Positions 29,453 through 38,905 of a stretch of DNA of 64,000 bases are shown piece after piece (within the stretch, counting starts at the first letter, position 1; every line of letters starts with the position of its first letter). The notes beneath the pieces are model-generated. The model saw nothing but the letters and a program-made list of their open reading frames with translations, ran no database searches and was not told the DNA's origin. The position numbers and the translations under genes were made by a program. This stretch comes from a virus: positions 64,001 to 128,000 of IMG/VR virus record IMGVR_UViG_3300031999_001882. One strand, given 5' to 3'.

Positions 29453-30159
29453 TGTTTTAGCCCCGAAGTTCCCACTAAGAACTCCTCGCCCGGCGGAACC
29501 TGCTCCACCTGCGGCTGTGTCATTGGCCCGGTCACCCTTCTGAATGCCTCTGGGTCGATCTCCAAGACCATCAATTCCTCATCTGTCAGCGATTTGAGCC
29601 AGCTCAGCGTCTCTTGGTCAGTCTTTTGGACCAGATCAAGGACTGCTTCATCCTCCGGGGTCACATCTTCGGCATCGCCCCCGGCCAGACCCCAGCTATC
29701 CACTCGAACTACCGGAACATCGTCACGGCCATCGCAATAAACCAGCACCGAACACATCTTGTCGCCCGGATGACTGCGCTCAAAGAGCGGCGCGTCATGG
29801 GCCAACCCCTGCAAAAATTGGTTTAAGGTCCAGCGCTGGCCGCCCAGCGCCAAACACACATCATGGGTCGAAACTCCGCTATCCCATTCCACCGTGTCAT
29901 AGCCCCGGTGCAACAGGGTTTGGAGAAGGGGCCGCGATTTGTCCTTGCGGCGGTTCCCCGGCCCCGGACCCTCATAATTCGGCCCCGGAGCATCGCGGTG
30001 ATCCGGCCATGTCGACAGCCCAACAGGGGCCGGAGCCTTCGGCGCAACCGCCGGAGCACCCTGCCATTGCTCCAAACGCTTCCTGAACTGCCCGGCGCTT
30101 TCGCCCGGCTTTTTGCGCGGAATCTTGCTCTTTGGTTGCGCGATCACTACCCAGCCCAT
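29449..30159 (-). CDS. MuF-like minor head protein
   Basis: VEWDSG..HDVCLALGGQRW...SHPGDKMCS resembles the MuF W..C..L.G...HP.C.C motif. Confidence 0.5.
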   Translation of the reverse strand: MGWVVIAQPKSKIPRKKPGESAGQFRKRLEQWQGAPAVAPKAPAPVGLSTWPDHRDAPGPNYEGPGPGNRRKDKSRPLLQTLLHRGYDTVEWDSGVSTHDVCLALGGQRWTLNQFLQGLAHDAPLFERSHPGDKMCSVLVYCDGRDDVPVVRVDSWGLAGGDAEDVTPEDEAVLDLVQKTDQETLSWLKSLTDEELMVLEIDPEAFRRVTGPMTQPQVEQVPPGEEFLVGTSGLKQ

Positions 30160-30191
30160 AAAACCCCTCTAAAAATCAATCCGTTTTGTTG

Positions 30192-30220
30192 TTCACAAAA
30201 ACGGCCATCCCAACGTAATC
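30192..30220 (+). promoter_or_regulatory. Putative sigma70-type promoter TTCACA-17-TAATCT for the only plus-strand gene
   Basis: Near-consensus hexamers with 17-bp spacer, followed by AGGAGG RBS; overlaps the CCGTTTTG/CAAAACGG inverted repeat. Confidence 0.4.
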
Positions 30221-30239
30221 TTAGTCAGGAGGGCCGAAT

Positions 30240-30686
30240 ATGAAACGAGTCTGGTTTCCCCAATTAGAAAAATACGTTGATGTCATTGAGCCAGTCAAAA
30301 TTCAGGCTGAACGCGCCAAAGAGTCTTTCCTCGGCCAAATCAACGTCATTGATCTTCTTTTTCGGGTTATCGTTCTCATTTTCGTTGCCCTGCCACTTTC
30401 AACTTGGGTGCTCTACGTCTTTTTCACAACTTTCACGCTCAAAGGCGGACTGCTGATCCTTGCTATCGCGTGGTTCCTGATTGTCATGTGCGTCCTGTCC
30501 AACTGCAAACCGGGCGAAATCTCCGTCACCTTCGGCACTCTGCTCCAAGCCGCCCTGCTCCTGCCGTTCACTCTGCTCGCCACCGTTCTTCTGGCCGGGA
30601 CTCAGATCGGAACGGCCACCGCCATAGGCGGCGCTTATTCCATCCTCAATGAAGCTGTCCGCAAAGCCACCGACAAAAACATCTAA
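30240..30686 (+). CDS. Integral membrane protein (about 3-4 TM helices), antisense to the operon
   Basis: Strong AGGAGG RBS; long hydrophobic segments; no competing minus-strand gene. Confidence 0.8.
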   Translation: MKRVWFPQLEKYVDVIEPVKIQAERAKESFLGQINVIDLLFRVIVLIFVALPLSTWVLYVFFTTFTLKGGLLILAIAWFLIVMCVLSNCKPGEISVTFGTLLQAALLLPFTLLATVLLAGTQIGTATAIGGAYSILNEAVRKATDKNI

Positions 30687-31093
30687 GCGCTGTCCCTTGG
30701 CGGCTGAGTGTAGCGCTCGCCCTGCTCCGAATGCGGCGGTCCCTGCTGTCCGGGGTCTGTCAAAGGCTCGTTCTTCTTGATCTTAGGCCGTAGCCTGTCA
30801 CGTTCCCTTGTAAACCCGGTGGCCGCATCTTCCTCGCTTGCCGGGTCAGCGCCCATCGCACTTGGAGCCTCGCCCTCGCCATCATCAGTCACGTTGTCGC
30901 CTGTCTGCGTCACGGCATTGGCGGCTAACGCCCATCGCCCGCTTTCAAGGTCCGCTATGCGAATCACCATATGCGAGTCCAAGCCATACATCTTGCTCAT
31001 CAGGCCGATCTTCTCACCCTGAATCCAGCGCACGGTTCCCGACTGGACACCGCCGCGCTTGATGAGAAGATCACCCAGCTTTGGGCTGTTCAT
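30683..31093 (-). CDS. Hypothetical protein
   Basis: ORF in track; start at MNSPKLGD preferred to reduce overlap. Confidence 0.55.
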   Translation of the reverse strand: MNSPKLGDLLIKRGGVQSGTVRWIQGEKIGLMSKMYGLDSHMVIRIADLESGRWALAANAVTQTGDNVTDDGEGEAPSAMGADPASEEDAATGFTRERDRLRPKIKKNEPLTDPGQQGPPHSEQGERYTQPPRDSA

Positions 31094-31283
31094 TTCGCTG
31101 AGCCTTGAACGCGAGCATTTGACCCACATTATCGAACCTCGGACACTTGCCTCTGACCATTGCCTTCGTGCTGATAAAACAATGACACACCGTACAGCGC
31201 AATACCCCGATGTGAACCCCGACGATATCCTCTGTGCTGAGTGAACATTGGCTACAAACCTCCGTCGAAACTACGAACGGCAT
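31071..31283 (-). CDS. Small Cys-rich zinc-binding protein
   Basis: CxxC...CxxCxC...C; GGAGG RBS. Confidence 0.6.
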   Translation of the reverse strand: MPFVVSTEVCSQCSLSTEDIVGVHIGVLRCTVCHCFISTKAMVRGKCPRFDNVGQMLAFKAQRNEQPKAG

Positions 31284-31503
31284 TGCTGGCCTCCTGTTTC
31301 TCTTTCTGTTTTCGGCGCTTCTTCATCAAGTGTGATTTGCAAACGACATGACCCTGCGCGGCCTTTTTCTTACAGAGCGGACAAAGGCCAAACCGTTTCA
31401 TCGCCTCGTACATGGATTCTGAACGAGGCTTCTTACTTATTTTTTCTGAAAGTCCGATGGCACTAACCCCTTTTCGATATTGCCGATGATTGCGTCGTAG
31501 CAA
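31252..31503 (-). CDS. Small basic zinc-finger protein (true start probably near 31413)
   Basis: CPLC...CKSH followed by a basic tail. Confidence 0.45.
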   Translation of the reverse strand: MLRRNHRQYRKGVSAIGLSEKISKKPRSESMYEAMKRFGLCPLCKKKAAQGHVVCKSHLMKKRRKQKEKQEASNAVRSFDGGL

Positions 31504-32879
31504 CCAGCGCAGTCGAATCGGTAATTCGCCAGCCGAATCAAGTCCACGTTATCGCCGAGCTTGGCAAGCTTCTGTGCCAGCTCCACGCACACCGCACTCA
31601 CATCCTTGTCGCCTTTGATAGCGGCAAATTTGCCAGCGAATTCCTTGTCCTTCGCCAGCCGAGCCATGAACGACTCCACCAAGACCTTCGCCAAGTTCGC
31701 TTCTTTGTCTGTCGAGACAACTTCCTTGACGGCGGCAGGAACTTTCACCGCGCCCATGATGGATTTCGTGCAGATGGCAAACGCCGATTCCTTCTTGGTG
31801 CGACCCTTCTGAGGCTTGAACGACTGATCGCCCATCTTGGATTCAACGCACCGATCAATCTTCCCGGCTTCCTCTTTGTCTTTTGCCAGCACGGTCAGCG
31901 TTCCTTCGCGCTTGTAATAGCCGCCAATGGCTTCACGCCAGCCAGACAATTCACGGGGTTTGACCCGATCCAGCGTCCGGGCGATGGTAGTGATGATCCT
32001 GTCGATCTTGTCCACCATCGAGTTCGAGGTCTGCAAGCCAATGTGCGCCAATGCTTTGCCGAACATCTCCGTATCCACACTCTCGCCTGTAGCCTGCGTA
32101 TAGAAGCCAAAGAGCGTCGCATACTCATCCGCCATGTCCGAGAACGAGGCGTAGCGCTCTGGGAGCGCCGGGTTTACCGGACCATCGTAAACCACGGGAT
32201 TTTTAAGCCATGCGCTAAGTCTGCCAAGACTGGCATCCTTCGGGCTGATTTTCTTGGCCCCATCTTCCTTATATTCCTCACCAGAAACATCCGATTCGTG
32301 CGTCTCGGACTTCACGGGCTTCTGGTCACCTTCGGGCGCGTCTGTTTTTTCCTGATTGCCTTCCTCTTTGTATTCCTCGCCGATCTTGTTATCGGTCGTG
32401 GTTTTCTGAGGAACGGCTTTCTGGTCGCCTTCCGGCTCGTCGAGAACTTTGGTCTTTTCGCCTTCGTTCTCCTTATATTCGTAGCCGATGGCCTCATCCG
32501 TGGTTCCGGGCTTGGTCTTGTTCGGCGTGCCGGGCGTAGCATCCGCCTTCTTCAACCATGCCTTTGGCCCCATCGTAATGTTGTCTGCCAGCGTGTCCTT
32601 GGCCGGAGCCTCGACGTGAGTTTTCTGAGGAACCTTTTTCTGGTCACCCTCTGGCGCATCCGTCTTATCTTGATTGTCGGTGCGCTTATATTCCCCGCCA
32701 ATGGCCTCGTCAGGCTTGGTCGTCTCCTTGGGTTCTTTTTGATCGCCCTTGGGTTCGTCCATGATCTTGGGCTTATCTTCTTCTTTGTAGTTCTTCCCGA
32801 TGCCGGAATCCGTCGTGCCCGGCTTAATATCCGTGTTCTTGTCACCGGGGGTTACATCAGCCTGCTTAGTCCATTGCAT
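31437..32879 (-). CDS. Putative internal head protein with charged repeats
   Basis: Repeated D(E/A)P(K/E)GDQK and IG.EYK units; begins MQWTKQAD. Confidence 0.65.
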   Translation of the reverse strand: MQWTKQADVTPGDKNTDIKPGTTDSGIGKNYKEEDKPKIMDEPKGDQKEPKETTKPDEAIGGEYKRTDNQDKTDAPEGDQKKVPQKTHVEAPAKDTLADNITMGPKAWLKKADATPGTPNKTKPGTTDEAIGYEYKENEGEKTKVLDEPEGDQKAVPQKTTTDNKIGEEYKEEGNQEKTDAPEGDQKPVKSETHESDVSGEEYKEDGAKKISPKDASLGRLSAWLKNPVVYDGPVNPALPERYASFSDMADEYATLFGFYTQATGESVDTEMFGKALAHIGLQTSNSMVDKIDRIITTIARTLDRVKPRELSGWREAIGGYYKREGTLTVLAKDKEEAGKIDRCVESKMGDQSFKPQKGRTKKESAFAICTKSIMGAVKVPAAVKEVVSTDKEANLAKVLVESFMARLAKDKEFAGKFAAIKGDKDVSAVCVELAQKLAKLGDNVDLIRLANYRFDCAGCYDAIIGNIEKGLVPSDFQKK

Positions 32880-32959
32880 TGTCGTCTCCTCCTCTTAAAA
32901 TAACTTTGTAAGTTCGTTGATCGGAAAATCTGTTACTCTGACCCATTCAATTTCGTTTT

Positions 32960-33460
32960 TCATTGCGCCGGGACAAACTGCTCGCTCGGCGCTGGATTCT
33001 CAACAGGAGGTTCCGAAGGTACAGGCGCAATCTGGTCATATGGCACGCCCGGAATCGTCATCTCCGCGCTAGACTGAGCCGCAACAACTTCCAGCGCGGC
33101 CAGTTTCTTCCTCATCCTCCCGACATTCTTCCACAGCAAATAAATTTCGTATTTGTCGTCCTTGATCGCCTTCCAACTATCAACGTGCTTCTGATCCAAG
33201 TCCTCGGCGACTTTCTGTAAGTCAACCACCCTCACAGACAAGTCCTCCAAGGGTTTGGACAAGTCCGGGGCGATCTTGGCCGCGATCTGTGTCGTCAGCT
33301 CGTCTTTGACCCGCATCAGCCTTGAGTCATACGACGAACTGATCCACCAAAGGCCACCACCCGAAAGTACCAGAGCCGCCACCGTTCCAATAATGACCGC
33401 CATGATCCATGACGAATCGCCTTCGGGCGGCTCCGACGTAAAGGTTTGAGGATCAGCCAC
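32960..33460 (-). CDS. Membrane-anchored coiled-coil protein
   Basis: N-terminal TM helix then coiled coil. Confidence 0.6.
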   Translation of the reverse strand: MADPQTFTSEPPEGDSSWIMAVIIGTVAALVLSGGGLWWISSSYDSRLMRVKDELTTQIAAKIAPDLSKPLEDLSVRVVDLQKVAEDLDQKHVDSWKAIKDDKYEIYLLWKNVGRMRKKLAALEVVAAQSSAEMTIPGVPYDQIAPVPSEPPVENPAPSEQFVPAQ

Positions 33461-34221
33461 TATCGCCCCATGCTGTTGAAAATATCCAAGATATTTGACA
33501 CGCCGCGACTCACAGACCCGCCGATGCCGACGGGGAGTTGCAGGGTTCCCACCGACGACCCCGTGAAAGCAAATTCCAGCTTAATGATCGCCAGCAGATC
33601 ATTGACGATCTTCTGAACATTGGCAATCGCCACATTGATCTTGGCTCCGCGATCAATGTTGAGCGAGATGCCGTTGTCCGAATAATTGAAGTCGTTGATA
33701 GAGAACCCAAGATACAGGTTCATCATCGTGAATAGCTGAGCCAAATACAGGAGCATGACTTGGTAACAATGCGGAAAATTATCAGCCGTAAAATCTGTGA
33801 CAGGCGGATAAATATTGAACGCACAGATGCCCATGTTGATGCCCATGAGTAATTCCTGATCGGTGAGCGGCTGTCCGGTCATCGGGTTCACGGTCATCAC
33901 AGAACCGAGCATAGAGCGGAGCTGATAGACCAGTCGCGTCTGGACAGGCGACATCTCCGGGGCGGCGGGGATCAGCGTAGTTTCTTGGCTCGCCGTCGAG
34001 TCAAAAAACCGCACGTTGTAGAACTTATCCCCGCCGTTCCCAGAGGTCGTATCTGCAAAAGACGTGACAAAGGCTGGCGGACAATTCGCCACCCCAGACT
34101 GGATCGTACCGATCAGCGTGTAGGGGCCGGGTTCAGCATCCGCCCGGTAGATGTGAATTTGATCGTACTGCGGCTGGCCCGCCACCATCGCTGGAATGGG
34201 CCAAGTAATGAGTGTGCTCAA
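33460..34221 (-). CDS. Putative head-tail adaptor
   Basis: Helical C-terminal domain with FNIYPPVT and FNYSDNGISLNIDR; downstream of the capsid gene. Confidence 0.6.
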   Translation of the reverse strand: MSTLITWPIPAMVAGQPQYDQIHIYRADAEPGPYTLIGTIQSGVANCPPAFVTSFADTTSGNGGDKFYNVRFFDSTASQETTLIPAAPEMSPVQTRLVYQLRSMLGSVMTVNPMTGQPLTDQELLMGINMGICAFNIYPPVTDFTADNFPHCYQVMLLYLAQLFTMMNLYLGFSINDFNYSDNGISLNIDRGAKINVAIANVQKIVNDLLAIIKLEFAFTGSSVGTLQLPVGIGGSVSRGVSNILDIFNSMGR

Positions 34222-34823
34222 GCGCTTTCCTCCGAACCAGCATTGCCGTTATTCCGTTCCTCTCTGACAAGAGGTGAAAGCATCACGCGCCGCTTGCCGT
34301 CCTTGATCTCCTCCGGGTTTAAGATCACCACGGGGATTCCCATGATTCCGTTATGCTCGACCAAGGGCATCTTGAACCACTTGCGCCGAGCCGTTGAGTA
34401 GCCGTACATATGCTCGTTTTTGCGGCTGTCATCTTTCTCATAGGGCGGGAGCACCCCATAGGAATGGACCTTGATCCGCGCTTCAAGCTGGTCGGCAGGA
34501 ACATCATCGGCTCCAAAGATGACCTTGAACCAATAATCCTCTGCCGCCGACATCTTGTTTTCTTCATGGCGAACCAATGCCATGTCCGTCTCGGCGATTT
34601 CCAGCCTGATCCCCTCCCCCGAAGCCGTCCCATATTTCACGGGACGATATCGGGCCACTCCCTGCTCCTCATCCTCTACAGAGATGATGATGTGATCTCG
34701 CTGGTTCTGCGTTAATCCTTTGGTATCCCACAAGAGCGAGATCAACTCCTGCGTCCGCCGATACACCCGAAGGCGAATCGGCGGTTTTTGAACTTGGTTT
34801 GAAGTCGGCGTAGTCATTGTCAT
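34218..34823 (-). CDS. Hypothetical virion protein
   Basis: ORF in the head-completion region. Confidence 0.55.
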   Translation of the reverse strand: MTMTTPTSNQVQKPPIRLRVYRRTQELISLLWDTKGLTQNQRDHIIISVEDEEQGVARYRPVKYGTASGEGIRLEIAETDMALVRHEENKMSAAEDYWFKVIFGADDVPADQLEARIKVHSYGVLPPYEKDDSRKNEHMYGYSTARRKWFKMPLVEHNGIMGIPVVILNPEEIKDGKRRVMLSPLVREERNNGNAGSEESA

Positions 34824-34841
34824 TTTCAGATTTCTCCCTCG

Positions 34842-36149
34842 TTAAGCTATTTGTAATTGAGCAATTCGTTCGTCCAGCATCCGTCGCACAGGCTGATCGG
34901 CGGCTACAAACTGCGCCAATTCCTGCAACTTCTCAACGCTGTTGGTTCGAGCGATATGGAATTTCTGCTCGTTTGACTTTGACGAGAGAAACTTACTGAC
35001 GTGCGCTGGCGCTCCTTTAGGAACCGCCGGAGTCTCCGGGGTCTGTGTCTTGGCTTTGAGCCGATCACGATAGCGGAGGTTATATTCCCGCTTCTTGGCG
35101 GCGCGAGCCTGCTCTTTGGTCAGAGATTTCACCGTGTCGCGCACTAAGCGCTGAGGTGTAACCTCGGCTCCATCAAGCGGATTATTCTTGGGAGCGCTCA
35201 CAATGATCGTCCCGCGATCCTCGTCGGCCTCCGTCTGATCCGTCGGAGAATCCGAAATCTCGATTTCCGGCAACGGCTGTGTCCGGCCATGCAACTTGTC
35301 CGATACCAGCGTCTCCGAGTTTACGATCTGCTGGTTCGGCATCATAATCTCGACTCCACCTTCCACCGGGGGTCGGCCCTTCACTTCATCCGTGGTAAAG
35401 CGCCTGCCGCTTACTGCCGCACCTTCGTCCGGTCGAGCGGGCTTTCCCTGCAACTGGCTGGCCGGGGTCGAGGTGCGGTTCCGCATCACGGCATCGGCGC
35501 TCATGCGCTTGTCCGTGACCTGAGCGAAACGTCTCTGCTTATCCGGCGTGACAATGTTCCGCTTGAGCACTTCCGAAGCGGAGAGCGTCGTCTTGGTTGG
35601 TTCGGCGGGCGAGCTGACTGCATACTGATCGACGGTGAGCATGGACTCCTCATAGGCATAAGCCACGCGCCCGTCTTGAAGCTGAACCTGCCACCGCCCG
35701 TCCGATTTGCGGCTGGAAATGCGACCGGACAAACCGGATGGCCCTTTCAAATGGACGAAATCACCCACCGCAAACAGGGGATTCACAAACTCCGTTCCTT
35801 GAGACGAGATGTAGCTGTTTCCCTTTTCGTCAATGCTCTGCACATCCACGCCATCAGGAATGGCCGCTCTCCGGCGCACCGGAGGCTGATTGACTGATTC
35901 CGGCAGGATTCTGGCCGGGATACTTCGGCGAAGCGGCGGAAGCACGTCGGGCGGAGTTTCCTCCTGCGTCAAAATGCCCAGCTCATAAAAACGCCGCAAG
36001 TCCGAGGACTGCCGGACCTCATCAGGGGTAAAGCTTCGAGACACCTGTCGCGGGCCAATAGAGGCCGGGCGCGTCAGGTCATTCACGATGATCGTGCTGT
36101 CTGTCGTGTTGCGAAACCAGTAATAGTCTTGATCTGCGTTCGGATTCAT
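34842..36149 (-). CDS. Hypothetical protein following the major capsid gene
   Basis: 435-aa ORF with AAGGAG RBS; internal SH3/KOW-like segment. Confidence 0.65.
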   Translation of the reverse strand: MNPNADQDYYWFRNTTDSTIIVNDLTRPASIGPRQVSRSFTPDEVRQSSDLRRFYELGILTQEETPPDVLPPLRRSIPARILPESVNQPPVRRRAAIPDGVDVQSIDEKGNSYISSQGTEFVNPLFAVGDFVHLKGPSGLSGRISSRKSDGRWQVQLQDGRVAYAYEESMLTVDQYAVSSPAEPTKTTLSASEVLKRNIVTPDKQRRFAQVTDKRMSADAVMRNRTSTPASQLQGKPARPDEGAAVSGRRFTTDEVKGRPPVEGGVEIMMPNQQIVNSETLVSDKLHGRTQPLPEIEISDSPTDQTEADEDRGTIIVSAPKNNPLDGAEVTPQRLVRDTVKSLTKEQARAAKKREYNLRYRDRLKAKTQTPETPAVPKGAPAHVSKFLSSKSNEQKFHIARTNSVEKLQELAQFVAADQPVRRMLDERIAQLQIA

Positions 36150-36229
36150 TTTGATTCTCCTTTTCGTTTTCGTTTTATCGGCTTTCAGTTTCGGTGTAGC
36201 CGATTCCTGTTTTTTCTGGTGAAGGATGT

Positions 36230-36259
36230 GGGGAGGAGGGCTGTTACACCCTCCTCCCC
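36230..36259 (-). other. Strong stem-loop downstream of the major capsid gene
   Basis: GGGGAGGAGGG-loop-CCCTCCTCCCC, 11-bp perfect stem; no clear U-tract on the minus strand, so it may stabilise RNA rather than terminate. Confidence 0.6.
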
Positions 36260-36289
36260 TACCCTTTAATTCTTTTTCGAGTCCTTGAC

Positions 36290-37291
36290 TTACACGATGT
36301 CTAGTTCAACCACGCCAGCCGTGTTATGGATTCCCATTCCGATCTGTTCCCAGCCGTAGATGTCATACTGACCTTGAGGGACGTTATCGAAGATTTTGAC
36401 TTCGACTTTCTTCCGCTCAGGTAGACGGCCAAGTTTGTCAGGGGTGGTAACCACGAACACTTTGTTGACAGGGTTGCGTGTGCTAACGATCAACTTCATC
36501 CCGAAGATCGACCCAAAATATCCCGTTTCAACGACAGTGTTCAGGGTGACCTGATCTATGTCATTGGAGGGGAATTTCAGGAGGTCTGAGTAGTTCTTAG
36601 GGTTCATCAGAACCGTGGAAGCGATGAGCTGATTCTGCGTGATGCTCCCCACCATGTCGGCCAATACGGTCTTGGTGACCGCGCTGGACGAGAATGGCGT
36701 ATTCGGCGAAACTGCACTCGCCGCTTGGAGCACTCGATAGAATTCGTCATCCTCGGCAATCGCCATCGCAATCGCTACGCGCTCTTTAGCGCGGTCGAAG
36801 ATTGGATAACGACGGATTTGGATGTCCTCATACTTCACGACTTCATCAATCCCTAGAACGAACGTCGGGAATTGCACGCGACGAACATTCGTTTCAAACG
36901 TGGTCGGTGAACCCAAAGCGGCCAACTTCACCGCTCCGAATTCAGGGATGTCCACGTCATAGATCGGAAAATCTCCCTGTGGCATTTCATCCACAAGCAG
37001 AACTTTCCGGTCCACCGAAACGTAGTCCAAACGAGTTTTCAAGGGCAACTGCATGGAGTACGCCAACCGCCTGAACCCGTTAGGGCCAGACAGGATTTGC
37101 GACAGCGCATCTTCCATTTGCTGTGGCGGGACGGTCGGAAGGAGAGGCGCATTACCCGCAGAGCGAGCAAAGCCACCTGTTCCAAGCTGACCCGAACCGC
37201 CAACAGTATTCGCCGCTTTCAGAATTTGCGCGATGAAGCGATCCTTCTGAACTGGCGATAAATCACCCATCAGGTTTTGTCCCGGTAGCAT
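36290..37291 (-). CDS. Major capsid protein (HK97 fold)
   Basis: RLAYSMQLPLKTRLDY..RKVLLVD..PQG..PIYDVD, VLMNPKNYSDL, GWEQIGMGIHN; follows protease, scaffold and decoration genes. Confidence 0.88.
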   Translation of the reverse strand: MLPGQNLMGDLSPVQKDRFIAQILKAANTVGGSGQLGTGGFARSAGNAPLLPTVPPQQMEDALSQILSGPNGFRRLAYSMQLPLKTRLDYVSVDRKVLLVDEMPQGDFPIYDVDIPEFGAVKLAALGSPTTFETNVRRVQFPTFVLGIDEVVKYEDIQIRRYPIFDRAKERVAIAMAIAEDDEFYRVLQAASAVSPNTPFSSSAVTKTVLADMVGSITQNQLIASTVLMNPKNYSDLLKFPSNDIDQVTLNTVVETGYFGSIFGMKLIVSTRNPVNKVFVVTTPDKLGRLPERKKVEVKIFDNVPQGQYDIYGWEQIGMGIHNTAGVVELDIV

Positions 37292-37324
37292 GATGTTTCT
37301 CCTGTTAGTTAAGTTCGTGTCCCG

Positions 37325-37795
37325 TTAAGCCAGTAACCCAAGACGAATTTCCATGTTTGGATTTGTGATCGTCGGGGGCACATTGACCCTACCAACAAAG
37401 TTGGTAAGACCATTAGCAACACCAGCATCGTTGGTGAGAAGGCCCGCCGAGGTTGCCCACAGCGTGTCATTCACCAAGTACGTCTTAGACGAGTCATACA
37501 CATCCACCGTGGTCGTGCCATTGACGGTCGAATAGAGAGACGGTGCTACGGTCACAATGCCTGCTTTGACGACATTGATTTTTCCAGACCCGAAAGCGCC
37601 AAACTCTCCATAGGTGTCATCACGATAAGAGTTCTTATCGTTTTTGGACAGACCATAAACAAGCGTGGAGGCAGAGGCGGCAACCACAGTAGCGGCAGAA
37701 TCCAACGCGACAGCGCGGCCAGCATAGACCACGGCGGTTGCATTCGCTACTTTTGTGGAATCTTCCTCGACTCGACGATCCGTATTGATACTCAT
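37325..37795 (-). CDS. Capsid decoration/cement protein
   Basis: Small beta-rich Gly/Ala/Thr protein directly upstream of the capsid gene. Confidence 0.65.
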   Translation of the reverse strand: MSINTDRRVEEDSTKVANATAVVYAGRAVALDSAATVVAASASTLVYGLSKNDKNSYRDDTYGEFGAFGSGKINVVKAGIVTVAPSLYSTVNGTTTVDVYDSSKTYLVNDTLWATSAGLLTNDAGVANGLTNFVGRVNVPPTITNPNMEIRLGLLA

Positions 37796-37849
37796 GTTAT
37801 GTTCCTCCGATTGGAGTTCGTTTTGGTACTGCGACTAACCTTTTTGAGA

Positions 37850-38905
37850 TTAGCCGCGATTCAGCGTGTCCTGAGTCCACAGATTCGAGAGACGTTCGAC
37901 CGCGCTTCCCTGCGAGGTTTTTTCAGGACCAAGCACCACAGGGGGCACATCTCCTTCACCTTCGTCAAGACTGCTGAATGTTTCAACACCTTCGGGTTTC
38001 GGTAATCCTTCGGATTTCGGTAGTCCTGCACCAGAAACTTTTGACTGGACCTTTTCGATGACACTTTCCAGCGCGGCAAGCGCCTTGTCGTCAAGTTCGG
38101 CCAGTTCTTTGCGGCAAGCTTCAAGATCAGCTTCCTCGATACCGATTTCGGTCAGCTCATGGAGAATCGCGTCAATGGCGGTAGCCTTCTCCCTCTGAAC
38201 TTCCTCCTCGGCTTTCTTCTGTAGCGCGGCCTTGGCTTCGGCGGCTTCCTTCTTTGCCGCTTCCACCGCTTTCAGGGCTTCGCCACGTTCATCGAGCGCT
38301 CTTTTCAGCAACTTCATGGGGCCGCTCAAATTTTTTGATTTGAGGTCAATGGCCTTGGTGGGTTCACCAACACCCGCCGGGTCCGGCAGACGATTGAAGA
38401 AGTCTTTGATCTTCCGGCCATGTCCCGGCACGGGAGAGATTTTGCCAGCCAAATCTCGATTGGCTTTGGCTTCTTCTTCGCTGACAGCTTCGGTCGGTCT
38501 TTCTTCCTTGCTGGCATCCTGCCGGGGCACTTCTTTTTCATTCAGCGCCCAATTCGCATAGTCAAAGTCCTTGTCGCCGGACGTGGCGATCTTTTTGAGT
38601 CCCGCTTTGACCACGGTCTTTTGCGCCGTCACCCATTTCAGGTAACCATCGAAGGTTCCACCACATTCCTTCTTAATCAGATCACAGATTTGTTCAGGTT
38701 CAATGACCTCGGACTGCTTGCCCTTGACAATCAATTTCTGAATCTCAACGGGCACGACATCTGCGGCCTTCACGACCTTGAGCTTCCCGGCCCCTTCTCT
38801 TGCAAGGAAAAAGGAACGCAGGAACGAATCACGGGCGTTCGAGCCTTCACGAATCATGTATTTCAGCGAGAATTCCATTGTAGATAGCCTCCTATTGGCA
38901 TTCAT
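37850..38905 (-). CDS. Putative scaffolding protein
   Basis: Charged, coiled-coil C-terminal half; lies between protease and decoration/capsid genes. Confidence 0.6.
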   Translation of the reverse strand: MNANRRLSTMEFSLKYMIREGSNARDSFLRSFFLAREGAGKLKVVKAADVVPVEIQKLIVKGKQSEVIEPEQICDLIKKECGGTFDGYLKWVTAQKTVVKAGLKKIATSGDKDFDYANWALNEKEVPRQDASKEERPTEAVSEEEAKANRDLAGKISPVPGHGRKIKDFFNRLPDPAGVGEPTKAIDLKSKNLSGPMKLLKRALDERGEALKAVEAAKKEAAEAKAALQKKAEEEVQREKATAIDAILHELTEIGIEEADLEACRKELAELDDKALAALESVIEKVQSKVSGAGLPKSEGLPKPEGVETFSSLDEGEGDVPPVVLGPEKTSQGSAVERLSNLWTQDTLNRG

